Notes: a model not told the origin generated them from the sequence alone. DNA of 64,000 nucleotides from Octopus vulgaris (GCA_951406725.2 OX597821.1:5580001-5644000), one strand, 5' to 3'. Positions 28,580 to 41,187 are shown, numbered from the stretch's first letter. Numbers and translations: made by a program.

Positions 28580-29320
28580 TCAAGGAACTAGATTAGCTGC
28601 TCAACAGCTCTGATTTACAATACACTAGGTCCCCAGACGCCCCTGTTGGTTTATTGACACCCAAAACTTCTACAACTAAATTTTGTCATTTTCCTGACCA
28701 CCATGTTTGGTCCGTAACCACTATACATCCCTTATCCTTATATTTTTTTACATTTTTTATCATTTTTATTCCTATTTTTCTTTTTATTTCTATTTTTACT
28801 TTTATTTCTATTTCTATTTTTACTTTATAACTTTATACCTTTATATTCATTTATATTTTTTTATATTCTTTATATCCCCTTTATATCTCCTTATATCTCT
28901 TTATATCCTTATACTCTACACTTTTATATTTTTCTATACTTACACTTTTTATATATTTTTTATCCTTCGTCCTGAATTCTCGCCCCTCCATCTTTACCCC
29001 TATTTACTCTTATTACCAGGTCCCTTCACGTCTATATATGTATTCATTTATTAATTTATTTACATTACTTCAACATCCAAATTTCCTCATTCTACATTGA
29101 GAGAAGAAAGAGATGGACGCTTCAATTCTATGCTGTTGCCGCATTATATCGTACGCGAATGAGAGGATTTGCATCCCCAACCAAGAATTTTTGATGTAAC
29201 ACATGTCCTTGTGGAAGTTGTTGTGCGCGGCTGAAGAAGGCCACAGACATACATTATGCATTGTTATAAATCTGTCTAATAAAGACCCGAAACATATGTA
29301 CCACTGAATCCTTGGCATCA
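28580..29320 (+). mobile_element. Putative Penelope-like element 3' end (GIY-YIG C-terminus remnant, pyrimidine-rich UTR, hammerhead)
   Basis: Frameshifted RLAAQQ-LIYNTLGPQTP-GL resembles the GIY-YIG terminal RE..LI..L.T..P.GLN; hammerhead motif at 29227-29304. Confidence 0.4.
29227..29304 (+). ncRNA. Hammerhead motif, canonical core, long imperfect stem II
   Basis: GG CUGAAGA agg...gaccc GAA ACAUAUGU (palindrome) A CC; stems I and II are short or imperfect. Confidence 0.45.
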
Positions 29321-29335
29321 TGTTTTTATTTTGAT

Positions 29336-29377
<42 letters not shown>

Positions 29378-29379
<2 letters not shown>

Positions 29380-29777
29380 ATTAGAATAAAACACCTTTTA
29401 TCAATTCAAAATGAACGATTAAAGTACACCATCTAGAAAATTACATATAATAAAAATATAAAAAATAAAATAACAATAATATACCTATGATTAAGTAAAT
29501 TGCAAAATAATAATAAAAATGTATATATTTGGTTTTATCTCTCTCTTTCTCTCTTTAACTCATTTACTAACTTCTGTCTCCGTGTATTTCAATTAGTCGT
29601 GCGTAAAAAATATCTGTTGTCACGGTATATATTTATACGTTTTTATTATTATTTTGCAATTTACTTAATCATCGGAATATTATTGTTATTTTATTTTTTT
29701 ATATTTTTATTATATGTAATTTTCTAGATGGTGTAATTTAATTGTTCATCTTGAATTGATAAAAGGTGTTTTTTCTA

Positions 29778-29782
<5 letters not shown>
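29378..29782. repeat. ~150-bp inverted repeat with ~100-bp spacer, flanked by (TA)n
   Basis: AAATTAGAATAAAACACCTTTTATCAATTCA...TTGCAAAATAATAATAAAAA versus its reverse complement at 29640-29782. Confidence 0.85.
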
Positions 29783-29838
<56 letters not shown>

Positions 29839-29917
29839 TTTGTGAAATTTGATTTAGTGTTTCTAAATTGAATTTTTCCCTGTAAATTAGGAATAATATT
29901 CCCTCAAATTATTATTA

Positions 29918-29968
<51 letters not shown>

Positions 29969-30072
29969 CATATGAATATACCAAGGCGGTGCCTCAACAT
30001 GCCCACAGTCTAATGACTGAAACAAGTAAAAGGTAAGAGGCAAATTGAATAAATAGATATGTATATATATAT

Positions 30073-30621
30073 AATAGAAATATTAAAATTACTAAGTCTC
30101 TCTAAAGGAGATTACGGCAGCGTTACTGGATATTAATAGTTATCGCCATACTAATATGGCAGTCTATAAATATAAGACTAAAGCTGTCGCTGATTAGCTC
30201 AAGAGGCCACCGCCTCTAGCTAGCTATATGACACACGAACCTGCGTCCATTACAACCTTCGAACAGGGGAGGTCAGCCGCTTCACCTTGCTAGTCAGACA
30301 TATACAGACATGTTTCAGGGTTGTTGCCCTTTATCAATGCAGCGTAGTCAGAACCAGCAGGTGTCGCTACTGACCGTCTGTTCGAAGATTTTATTTACCT
30401 AGTTACAGTGGAATACATCCACTTGTTTTCAATAATAGAAATATTAAAATTACTAAGTCTCTCTAAAGGTTGTAATGGACGCAGGTTCGTGTGTCATATA
30501 GCTAGCTAGAGGCGGTGGCCTCTTGGAGCTAATCAGCGACAGCTTTAGTCTTATATTTATAGACTGCCATATTAGTATGGCGATAACTATTAATATCCAG
30601 TAATGCTGCCGTAATCTCCTA
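30073..30621. mobile_element. Penelope pLTR-like unit with partial tandem repeat and inversion
   Basis: A 36-bp start repeated at 30073 and 30434; 30106-30258 recurs inverted at 30466-30620; hammerhead inside. Confidence 0.75.
30303..30341 (-). ncRNA. Minimal type I hammerhead ribozyme with U3-A8 core
   Basis: Minus strand: UGCA UUGAUAA AGGG-caacaa-CCCU GAA ACAUGU C UGUA; palindromic stem III, GUC cleavage triplet. Confidence 0.7.
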
Positions 30622-30824
30622 TATTAGTAGTAGACGTATTACCACTCGCTATAGGGACTGGTAACCACTATAAGCTGTAGTGGAGAACAGTCAACACGTT
30701 GTGCTGAGGCTGACCAAAGAATTTTATTTTCAGATATATCTGGGGTACTTATATATACTCATGATTTTTGCTTCGGCTTTTTCCATGGGCGCATTTAAGT
30801 ATCTTATTTATATCCTTCCGTATG

Positions 30825-30884
30825 TTCTACTGAAGAGGAAAGAATCTTTTATGAGATTAATTCCGAAATTGATTCCCTATAGAA
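30825..30884 (+). ncRNA. Type I hammerhead motif, canonical core
   Basis: UUCUA CUGAAGA GGAA-agaaucuuuuaugagauuaa-UUCC GAAA uugauuccc UA UAGAA; stem III not paired. Confidence 0.55.
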
Positions 30885-31061
30885 ATAACGAACTTTTTAA
30901 AAATATTCTATCGGCCGGCTTCCCCGATTTCAGTTCTTCGTGTTTTTTCTGTGGCGAGTAAATAATATGTGGAAATTGACGATTTAAAAGTCTGTTATCA
31001 GCATATTGGCATTGAAATAATTTTCTTTAGCACTTACTTATAAGTTGTTTATATATATATA

Positions 31062-31120
<59 letters not shown>

Positions 31121-31690
31121 TTCACTCTCTCCCTCTCTCTCTCTCTCTCTCTTTAACTCATTTACTAACTTCTCTCTACAGATTTTCTTCTGTGTATTTC
31201 AATTAGTCTTGCGTAAAAAATCTCTGTTGTTACGATATTTATACATTCTCCCTGAAAAATAATTTTGTTATTTTTAATTTTTGTGCTCCCAGCGTGTTTA
31301 AATTCAGTTTTGCCACATCTGCCTTAAAACATAACTTCATTGTATCTCAATTTGGTCGTGCGTAAATATCGTTGTCTTGACGGTATTTGTACGTTCTCCC
31401 TACAACATTACTTATTTTAAATCTTTTGCACTCCGTCTATCTAAATACACTATTTACATTTCTCTCTCTATCGAAAAACGTTGTGCATGCGTATGTATGA
31501 CCGCTATGGGCCAACAACAGCCGATAAGCCTTTATTATTAACCAATGAGATTTCAACCACACCACTGAGCGGTCATGCGTTAGAAAAAGCTATCCTAAAG
31601 TGGCTCAAGTTCTTTCATTCAAGCTATTTTCTTCTCGAGCTTTATACCCTCAAACGGGGTTTGTGAGCTGTCTACAAATTGACTTCCTCG

Positions 31691-32420
31691 TCTATAGATA
31701 TATAATTCTTTTTCTGACTGTCTGTCTATTCCCTATGCATTCTCAAACGGCTCGACCAAATCAAATCAAATTTAGCAAGGTAATAGTATCAGACCCCATG
31801 ATTAACAACATGAAATTTTTCTTCTTTTGTATTAAAACAATATAACATTGGCACTGGTTCGGTATTACGAGTCAAAGGTAAAAGAATAAGATCTATATTG
31901 TAATGTGATATACTGTTTCACTTTTATTCTTTCACTTTTGAGTCTAAGCCTATAATATTGTCACACTTTTATTCTTACACATTTAATTCTACTGTAGTAA
32001 ATAAATAAACAATTTTATACCCCAATTTCAACAACATTACGCATCGACAAATTTCCTTCTTTACCGCCATGGTGTATTAGTGTATGTGTGTTGACATAAC
32101 GAATGGCTGGAGGTAAAACTCTTGACAACAAACAATAAGGTGGCAGGTCCAGGGTATATGAGAATGCACATTTACCGTTCAGTTACCATTTCATAATTAT
32201 CGCAGCAGTTTACCCTTAAATTAATGGAGTCTCAATACAGAAGTGGGGTGAGACATTCCCAAGATTAGCAAATGCATGCTGCAGCACGGCAAATGCAGTC
32301 TCAAGACAGAAACGAGATGAGACTTTCCCAACATCAGCAAAGGCATGCTGCAATGCATCAAACGGAGTCTCAAGATCAAAGCACATGAGACTTTCTCAAG
32401 ATCAGCAAAGGCATGCACGT
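31691..32420 (+). mobile_element. Helitron-like 5' end with a decayed ORF containing 23-aa STPR-like repeats
   Basis: Starts TCTA..., then TGTCTGTCT...CTCAAACGGCTCGACCAAATCAAATCAAATTT (typical Helitron/HINE 5' motif). A 69-bp repeat (starts 32228, 32297, 32366) encodes e.g. QSQDRNEMRLSQHQQRHAAMHQT. Confidence 0.55.
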
Positions 32421-32942
32421 ACCCCCACCCCGCGTGTAACCTATGCAGTAGATGGATAAAGAGTGTAAATTCAACATTTTCTCCGAAGATTTAGTAGAAA
32501 GGATGAACAACGTTAATCAATGTTCAAAACATACTGGTTTCTCATCAGCGGTGGGAAGGTCTCCACATCATTTTGGCCAATCCCACAGGAAACAAGCAGA
32601 TGATCTGTTCATTTACTCACTAAACCAGTAGGTACAGAGAACTAGGGTTACTAATTTGGATATTGTTAATGCTTAACACTTTACGTAATATCTGCGGCCT
32701 GTCGACGGGGATCTCAGTCCACGCAGTATCAAGGTATGACATAATAATACATGCAACCAATGTAGTTGATATATAAGCAGAACACTTTAACTATTTCTTC
32801 GCATATATATGGCCCGTATATGTATGTATGTCTGTATGTATGCATGTATGTATGCATCCATATATATATGTATGCATGAGTGCATGCATGAATGCATGTA
32901 TGTATGAATGTATGTATGTATATATATATGCATGTATGTCAG

Positions 32943-33043
32943 TATTCAGTTTTATTTCAAGATTTCTTGCCAAACAGACGGTTTCTAACCTTGATCCAAG
33001 GCTATTTCATTCGAATTTCAACCACATAAATAGGGTACTTTTG
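32943..33043 (-). mobile_element. Dong/R4 3' terminal ~100 bp
   Basis: TATTCAGTTTTATTTCAAGATTTCTTGCCAA matches 8478 and 34073. Confidence 0.8.
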
Positions 33044-33315
33044 TATGTATGTATGTATGTATGTATGTATGAATGTATGTATGTATGTATGTATGTATGT
33101 ATGTATGTATGTATGTATGTATGTATGTATGCATGCATGTATGTATGTATGTATGTATGTATGTATGTATGTATGTATGTATGTATGTATGTATGTATGT
33201 ATGTATGTATGTATGTATGTATGTATGTATGTATGTATGTATGTATGTATGTATGTATGTATGTATGTATGTATGTATGTATGTATGTATGTATGTATCT
33301 ATGTATGTATGTATG

Positions 33316-33349
<34 letters not shown>

Positions 33350-34070
33350 TGTATTTATGTATGTATCTATGTATGTATGTATGCATGTGTGTATGTATGT
33401 ATGTATGTATGTACGTATGTATGTATGTATGTATGTATGCATGTATGTACGTATGTACGTACGTATGTATGTATGTATGTATGTATGTATGTATGTATGT
33501 ATGTATGTATGTATGTATGTATGTATGTACGTACGTATGTATGTATGTATGTATGTATGTATGTATGTATGTATGTATGTATGTATGTATGTATGTATGT
33601 ATGTATGTACGTATGTACGTACGTATGTATGTATGTATGTATGTATGTATGTATGTATGTATGTATGTATGTATGTATGTATGTATGTACATATGTACGT
33701 ACGTATGTACGTACGTATGTATGTATGTATGTATGTATGTATGTATGTATGCATGCATGTATGTATGTATGTATGTATGTATGTATGTATGTATGTACGT
33801 ATGTACGTACGTATGTATGTATGTATGTATGTATGTATGTATGTATGTATGTATGTATGTATGTATGTATGTATGTATGTATGTATTTATGTATGTATGT
33901 ATGTATGTATGTATGTATGTATGTATGTATGTATGTATGTATGTATGTATGTATGTATGTATGTATGTATGTATGTATGTATGTATGTATGTATGTATGT
34001 ATGTATGTATGTATGTATGTATGTACCTACGTACGTATGGATTATGCATGCATGCATGTATGTATGTATG
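33043..34070. repeat. ~1-kb (TATG)n microsatellite
   Basis: Direct inspection; source of the 340-440 aa pseudo-ORFs. Confidence 0.97.
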
Positions 34071-34072
34071 TC

Positions 34073-34495
34073 ATATTCAGTTATATTTCAAGATTTCTTG
34101 CCAATAGAGAGAAAGAACCGGTTTCTAACCCAGATCTAAAACTCCTTCATTAGAATCTCAACAATATCAACAGGGTATTTTTCTATGTCTGTATAAATGT
34201 ATATGTGCAGATTTGTATGTTTTTTTTTATGTATGTCTTCTCATACATATACTCGCATATCTAGACATGCACGTATAAACTTAAATGATAAACTTCTGGA
34301 AAGTTTTACAGATCTTTACAGTTCCGGGGATGGCCTGGACCTGTAGTCTTCGAATCAGTTTTATTCTTTCTAATTTTGAGAAGCCTAATTTCTCAAGTTT
34401 ACTATTTCAGCAGTGCATTATATATCACAGTGTCCCAATAATTACGGAAATAAACCTCAACTTGTAGTCTTGATAGTGTAACTGCAGATTCTTCA
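34073..34495 (-). mobile_element. Dong/R4 5'-truncated 3' end (RLE C-terminus and 3' UTR)
   Basis: Colinear with 8478-9070. Confidence 0.85.
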
Positions 34496-34509
34496 TGTAT
34501 GTATGTATA

Positions 34510-34886
34510 CTCTTTACTCTTTACTCTTTTACTTTTTTCAGTCATTTGACTGCGGCCATATTGGAGCACCGCCTTTAGTCGAGCAAATCGATCCCGCGAT
34601 TTATTCTTTGTAAGCCCAGTACTTATTCTATCGGCCTCTTTTGCCGAGCCGCTAAGTGACGGGAACATAAACACACCAACATCGGTTGTCAAGCAATGCT
34701 AGGGGAACAAACACAGACACACAAACATACACATACACGCACACACATTTATATATATACATATATACGACGGGCTTCCTTGAGTTTCCTTCTACCAAAT
34801 CCACTCACAAGGCTTTGGTCGGCCCGAATCTATAGTGGAAGACACTTGCCCAAGATGCCACGCAGTGGGACTGAACTCGGAACCAT
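34510..34886 (-). mobile_element. SINE family A (5'-truncated)
   Basis: Reverse-complement body and tail. Confidence 0.88.
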
Positions 34887-35080
34887 GTATATATATATAT
34901 ATGTATTATGTATGTATGTATGTATGCATGTATGTATGCATGCATGTATGTATGTATGTATGTTTTACACAGATACATATATACTTATATTTATACAACA
35001 GAAATTGTACTGAATACGAGGCACAGAGTAATGAAAGGAATTCAATCAAAGCTGTTTTCTCTGGCACCATTCATAGTTCT

Positions 35081-35533
35081 ATCTTCCGACATGTCAATCG
35101 TTAATGAAAGGACGTACATTTTCTTCATACTTACAAGACATTTGAAAAGAAGTGTAAATTTTGATTGATTGTGTACGGTCTCCTCTGAGAACTGACACGT
35201 GATTTACCAAAGGGTAACACGTGACATGTGGAGAGTTATGTTGTGTGTATATGGGGGTGGGAGAATTGATGGTGGTGATTGATACGAGGTAGGGAAAGGG
35301 TATAGGAATTGACCCCACATTTCCATCCAATACACATAGACATTATTGTTCGGTACATCTCGTAACTTGCAGTTATATTTCCAGACAATATCAACTATGG
35401 CCAATCTAAACATTCGTTACTTCCCAAAGGAGGCCTTTCAAAACCAATTAAAAAATACATTTCTTTCTTTTTAAATACTTTGTAATTATAAGACGTTCTC
35501 CGTCCTTTCATTAACGTCTGACGTGAAGAAAAG
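35081..35533. mobile_element. Old non-autonomous DNA transposon with ~80-bp degenerate TIRs; related fragment at ~37686-37935
   Basis: GTCAATCGTTAATGAAAGGACG (~35093) versus CGTCCTTTCATTAACGTCTGAC (~35501); similarity continues inward. Confidence 0.6.
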
Positions 35534-35878
35534 GCGAAACTCCGTGTGGTGGTAATGAAGATTCATCTCACATTATGTATGTGTATGTATCTGTACGTAT
35601 GTGTGCGTGCGTGTGTGTGTGTGTGTGTGTGTGTGCGTGTGTGTGTGTGTACACTTAGATGCGTATATTTATATATGGATATATGCAAACAAAACCATGC
35701 ATACATAGCTATCTATCTATCCATCTATCTATCTACATATGTTTATATTTACGTGTGTGTGTGTATGTGCGTGCGTGCGTATGTGTGTAAGTGTGTATAC
35801 ACTTAGATACGTATATTTATATATGATATATGCATACAAAACTATGTATACATATCTTTCTATCCATCCTTTTATCTA

Positions 35879-35915
<37 letters not shown>

Positions 35916-36153
35916 AAGAGGTGGGGGTGTCGGCGGCATGAAAAGAAGTATTTAGTAATCATGTAAATTGCGTGCTTTGCTAAACTACAGTATGCCTCAG
36001 AAATATAATTCTTACTATACGTAACTAGGTACAGAGTGGTCAATGTGTTCGAACCAGAAAAAAAGGGGGAAAATCCATACTTAATTACATGCATACATAC
36101 ATACGTACATACATACATACAAACATTCATACATACATACACACCACACATAC

Positions 36154-36190
<37 letters not shown>

Positions 36191-36243
36191 TCGTTTTTGG
36201 ATTTGGTTTGCAAGATTCTTTATATGAGTTCGTGTGTTGAAGC

Positions 36244-36433
36244 ATATTCTGTTATTTCTGGGGAGAGTCATTCTCTTTTAGTGCCTTATTATTGAGAGTC
36301 AAGACTACTGAAAAGGTTGCAAGACGCAACGAAAATTTTAGGAAAATAAAAAGACGAAATAAGTGGAAATTTTACCGGTGAGTGTGTTAAATAATAAGGC
36401 ACAAAAAGAGAATGACTCTCCCCAGACACAACA

Positions 36434-36439
<6 letters not shown>
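36244..36439. repeat. 50-bp inverted repeat enclosing a hammerhead-like motif (pLTR-like)
   Basis: ATATTCTGTT..TCTGGGGAGAGTCATTCTCTTTT.GTGCCTTATTATT and its reverse complement at 36390-36439. Confidence 0.75.
36305..36341 (+). ncRNA. Minimal hammerhead motif, G8>A mutated
   Basis: CUA CUGAAAA G GUUGC-aagac-GCAAC GAA AAUU U UAG. Confidence 0.5.
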
Positions 36440-36482
<43 letters not shown>

Positions 36483-38061
36483 TATATATACATAGTTATG
36501 TATGCATATATATATATATATATGCATGTATGAATGTATATATAAATACGTGTGTGTGCATAAATATATATATATATATACATATACGTGTGTGCATATA
36601 TATATACGTATGTATGTATGTGTGTATGTATGTTTGCATGCATCCACGTATGTATGTATGCATGTATGTATGCACGTATCTATGTATGTGTGCATGTACG
36701 TACGTACGTTCTTACGTAAATATGTATGTATGTGCGTATGTATGCATGCATGTATGTATGAGTATATGTACGTACGTACGTATGTATGCATGTATGTATG
36801 AATGTAGGTATGTATTCGTAGAAATGTTGTGAAATAAACTACTTACAACACTTCCGACATATTTACTATGTTGTGTTTGTAGGAGAAATACATACAGCAA
36901 GGCGAACAACACTATTCTGTTATTAACAAGCTAATAGCGGCAGTACAGTTATTGTTTTATTAACTAGGTTTTGCGTATTTTCCAGAGATTTCCAAAGAGG
37001 TTGTTGTATTGCCAGAAGTAGAAATCTTAAGGAGTTTTTTTCCATTACTGTTAGTTCTTATTCAGAGCAAGAAAATTCAATTTTGCTATTCAAGTACATG
37101 ATGTCTTGGTTAGAATGCTCGGTATAGTTTTGAAGATGTATGTGCGTCACCGGAAGCCTTCGCATTCCAATCTAAATATGATTTGTTTTTTTATTTTGTT
37201 TGTTTTATTCGTTTATTCGAGAGATTTTTTTCTGTTTTCTTTTTTGTTTTTTTGTTTTTTCTTTGTGATATAGGTTTCTGAGAATGAGTTTACAGTTGTC
37301 CCTGATTTCAATCTTAATATCGTCTGTTCTGTTTCCCGAAGCTGCCTCATATACTTAAGACAAACAAACTAGGTAACTCTACATTACCGCATTATCACAC
37401 GTATGACTTTGCTGTTAATAATTTTTTGCTTCATAATCAGATGGTTCGGAGATCTATCACCACTGACTTGCACCCTGAGTAATTTTCTTCAACTAGATAG
37501 AATGTCAAGCAAACGAACTAGCGTCAATGGAAACTGCAGAAATACTTCATATATCTTCTACTAATTATTAAGCCACGGACTCAGTTTGTCACACGATTTA
37601 CACCACAATCTGTCTCTTAGTAAATCTACACACTTACACTGTATCTTCAATCTTCTTCCCAAGATACATAGTTTCGCTCATTTATCAAGCCGGACGTTAA
37701 ATGAAATGACGAAGGACTTCTATATAATTACAAAGTGTTTGACAAAAGAATTGTATTCTTAATTAGTTATGAAAGGAAATGCCTCATTTGAGAAATAACT
37801 AGTGTTTTGAATGTTTGTAATGAATATCGTAAGAGAAAAACTCTAAGATATGAGGTATGTCCTACGTACTGCATGTGTATGGGATGGAAGTGTGGATTGT
37901 GGGAATAGATGGTAGGAAACTGTGGTGACACACGTTTCGCTTTTCCGTCCATCATCAATGGTAATCATTCATTCTTCCACCTCCACATACATACAACACA
38001 GCACTCTACATATCACATTTTACCGTTCTTGCAGATGAGACTGATTACAATCAATCAAATC

Positions 38062-38498
38062 GGGAGCTGGCAGAATCGTTAGCACACTGGGAAAAATGCT
38101 TAGCGTATTTCCTCAATCGTTATATCCGGAGTTCAATTTCCGCCGAGGTCGACTTTGTCTTTCATCCATTTGGGGTCGATAAATGAAGCACCATTGAAAC
38201 ACTGGAGTCGATGTGATCAACTAGTTCCCTCCGCCAAAATTTCAGGCCTCGTGCCTTTAATAGAAAGGATTATTTCTGAAGGGAAAGCGGCGAGCTGACA
38301 GAAGCGTTAGCTGATCGGGTAAAATACTCAGCGGTATTTCGTCTGTCTTTACGTTCTGAGTTCAAATTCCACCAAAGTCGACTTTACCTTTCATCCTTTT
38401 GGGATCGATGAAATAAGTACCAGTTGAACGCTGGAGTTGACGTAATCGTCACATCCCTTCCCTGGAAATTACTGGCCTTGTGCTAAAATTTGAAATCA
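38062..38498 (+). mobile_element. Two tandem monomeric family B SINEs (38062-38272, 38284-38498)
   Basis: Each has GAGCTG.CAGAA.CGTTAGC head, body and GGCCT.GTGC tail. Confidence 0.85.
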
Positions 38499-38919
38499 TT
38501 TTTTCTTAAAAGAGATCACATCCAACCATTCAAAATTTACTTTTAGGAACATTTAATGATACCAGCTCTGTCGACAGCATTCAGACCAGTTTCCAGTCCT
38601 TTCTTTCATTTCACCCTTACCAGAGACAGAGAAAAAGAGTTTGGGTATCCTTGCACTACCTTTTCTCTTCATATTAAACCATAGCAGTAACAATTCGGAA
38701 TAAAATTCCAGGTGTTGTAAAGACAAGTTTGAGTATTTGATCTTTTATCTTTTGATTTCTGCTTCAGTCATTGGACTTCAGTCATGTTGGGATTCAGCCT
38801 CGAACCCAGCTCTTATATTTTACGCTTAAGCCTGATGTTTATTCTGTGGGAGAGGTAAAGTAACCCAAACTATTTGTCAATCAATGCCAGAGAATAAATA
38901 TAAGCACACAAACTGTATA

Positions 38920-39135
38920 TCTATTATATAAAATCTGTTCTGTCTGTGTGTGTGTCTTCTAGGAACTCGGGCATCCTCCATCCGATTGCGCTCAAATTTG
39001 ATATGTAGATACCGATGGTATCAGGGCGTGTATAAATCTTGAAAACATTACAAAAATCGATTCCAGGTGAGAATGCGATCGATAAAGCCGTGGGAACGTG
39101 CAGCTGTACGCGCAAGTACATCAGCTGTTGCGATC
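38920..39135 (+). mobile_element. Helitron-like non-autonomous 5' end
   Basis: TCTATTATATAAAA..TGTCTGTGTGTGTG..CATCCGATTGCGCTCAAATTTG; 3' end not identified. Confidence 0.5.
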
Positions 39136-39618
39136 GATACTACGTGTGCACGAGAAATTTCCTACATGTTTTATCGGACAAACTTATTATTGTCCCAGGG
39201 ACGTTTTCATAAATTCATCATGCTTTTCCATCTAGATTTACCTCCAGCTAACCCATTTGCATGCTTTTCTTCCGTCAACCTGTATATAACTGCACCTTCC
39301 ATTTTTTGTTGTTTTTGTACTGCTTAAAGGCACGTTTCTTTCCTGCCAAGCTTATTGTTTAAACCATGATTGTGTTCTCCCAGTCAACAGCCTTATCATT
39401 ACTGGTACTTTAAACTCTTCGGTTGCATATTTGTGTGAATAAAATCGTTTTCTTTAGAATAGAAAAAAAGTCTATCTTTATTTCTTCTTTTGCTGGTGTC
39501 TATTTAGGTTAAATCAGTGTTTCTCAAAGGTGAGGCCTGTGGGAGACTCGGACAAGTTATTTCGAGAAAATTTGGTTTAAATGTTTGACAACTCAGCGCC
39601 GTCCATTGGACGGGGGGC

Positions 39619-39659
<41 letters not shown>

Positions 39660-39664
39660 CAAAA

Positions 39665-40200
39665 GAGGTGGGGTGTTTTCACGCAGGAAAAAAACCGACT
39701 CTGAACAATGTATTCTATTCTCCTCTTGCCACCCAAAACATACTAAAAAGAATATACCGTTCAACTTAGGTAGAAGGATTTGCTTGATTGCATCGAATCC
39801 CGAAACCCGAGAAAACCAACTCAAGAACTTAAAAACATATTACTGGATAGAAAATACCCGGCCAGCCGGCCAGTCTAATCAAAAACGGAATAGAACGTGC
39901 AAAAGTCATCCAAGAGTTACGGAAAACAAGAAAACACCATGACACACTTAAAACTTTATCTTACGTATCAACACACAATCCAAGGAACATGGAAGCATAG
40001 AACATCATCCACCAAAACATACGCCTCCTTATGAAGGACCCGCGAATGAAACAGGGACTGGAAACACATAGGATTATTAAAAGCAAGTGACAACCGCAAT
40101 CCCTAAAAATATTACTCACCAGCGCCAAATTACCCACCAAAAATACGACACCACTAGTCGAAAAGTGAAACCGCCCTAACTGCGGAACTGGCATCTTCCT
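39665..40200 (+). mobile_element. Penelope-like element RT thumb/linker fragment (pseudogene)
   Basis: KKTDSEQCILFSSCHPKHTKKNIPFNLGRRICLI (PLE YL.F.S.HP.H.K..IP....R..RIC motif), then YVSTHNPRN, KILTSAK and a RPNCGT Cys-linker remnant; frameshifts present. Confidence 0.75.
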
Positions 40201-40356
40201 CTTAGAATATACATACTATAGTATATATATATACTATAGTATATATACAATAGTATGCACACGAATATGCATTTTTATATCGGCATATACATATGTATGT
40301 GTAGAAGTAACTGAGTGTTCATGCATACACAGAGCATATACATGTATATAGGTATA

Positions 40357-40430
<74 letters not shown>

Positions 40431-40602
40431 AGTCCGCACACTGATATATATATAGATATACATTTTCCCCTGGGTGCCTTTAATTTCTGAGTATCGTTGC
40501 ATCTCTCCTTCCAATATCATCAATATTTTCCATATACCTGAACGTACACAGAGGTACGAATTTTCGTACCTTCACACGCTTAGGGGCACAAACACCTATA
40601 TG

Positions 40603-40647
<45 letters not shown>

Positions 40648-41134
40648 TTATGAGGACATGTCTCTATATGTTTGTGTGTTCTTGTGTATGTGAGTGTGCT
40701 ATATAATTACGTCTTGAAAATGACGATAGCTGCTCGGAAGTCGAATGTCAGTGGGTTTTTGAATTCAAACATTATTTGATAAGTTCTAAGATTTTGCTAA
40801 TCACATAAGAGACCAAAAGGTCAGTAGAATGTCTCCCAGTGACTGCAGTCTTGATTAACAGGGGGCTGAGAGATTAACAAGTGAGAGAAGGTGGGCAGTT
40901 GAGTGGGAGAGAGAATAGGGATGTTAAGAGGAGGAATGAGTAGAGCAGTAGTGAGAGAGGAGTAGAGGGAGAGTCTGAGGGAAAGAGTAGTAGTAGTAGT
41001 AGGATTGAGTGTAGAGACATATATATATGCGTCTATAAAGACATAAATATGTATACATATATATGCATAGCATATATGTACACACATATATACCTATATA
41101 CATATATACATAATATATGCATGCATATAAACCA

Positions 41135-41180
<46 letters not shown>

Positions 41181-41187
41181 GTATATA

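Noticed and set aside
32505-32556. Minus-strand CUGAUGA-GAAAC/GUUUU-GAAC hammerhead
   Set aside because: No stem I complement and no stem III/UH.
32828-34153. 441-, 364-, 344- and 343-aa ORFs
   Set aside because: Translations of a stop-free (TATG)n array (MYVC/HTYI repeats). The same applies to the many YIYI, CVCV and LSIY ORFs throughout the window.
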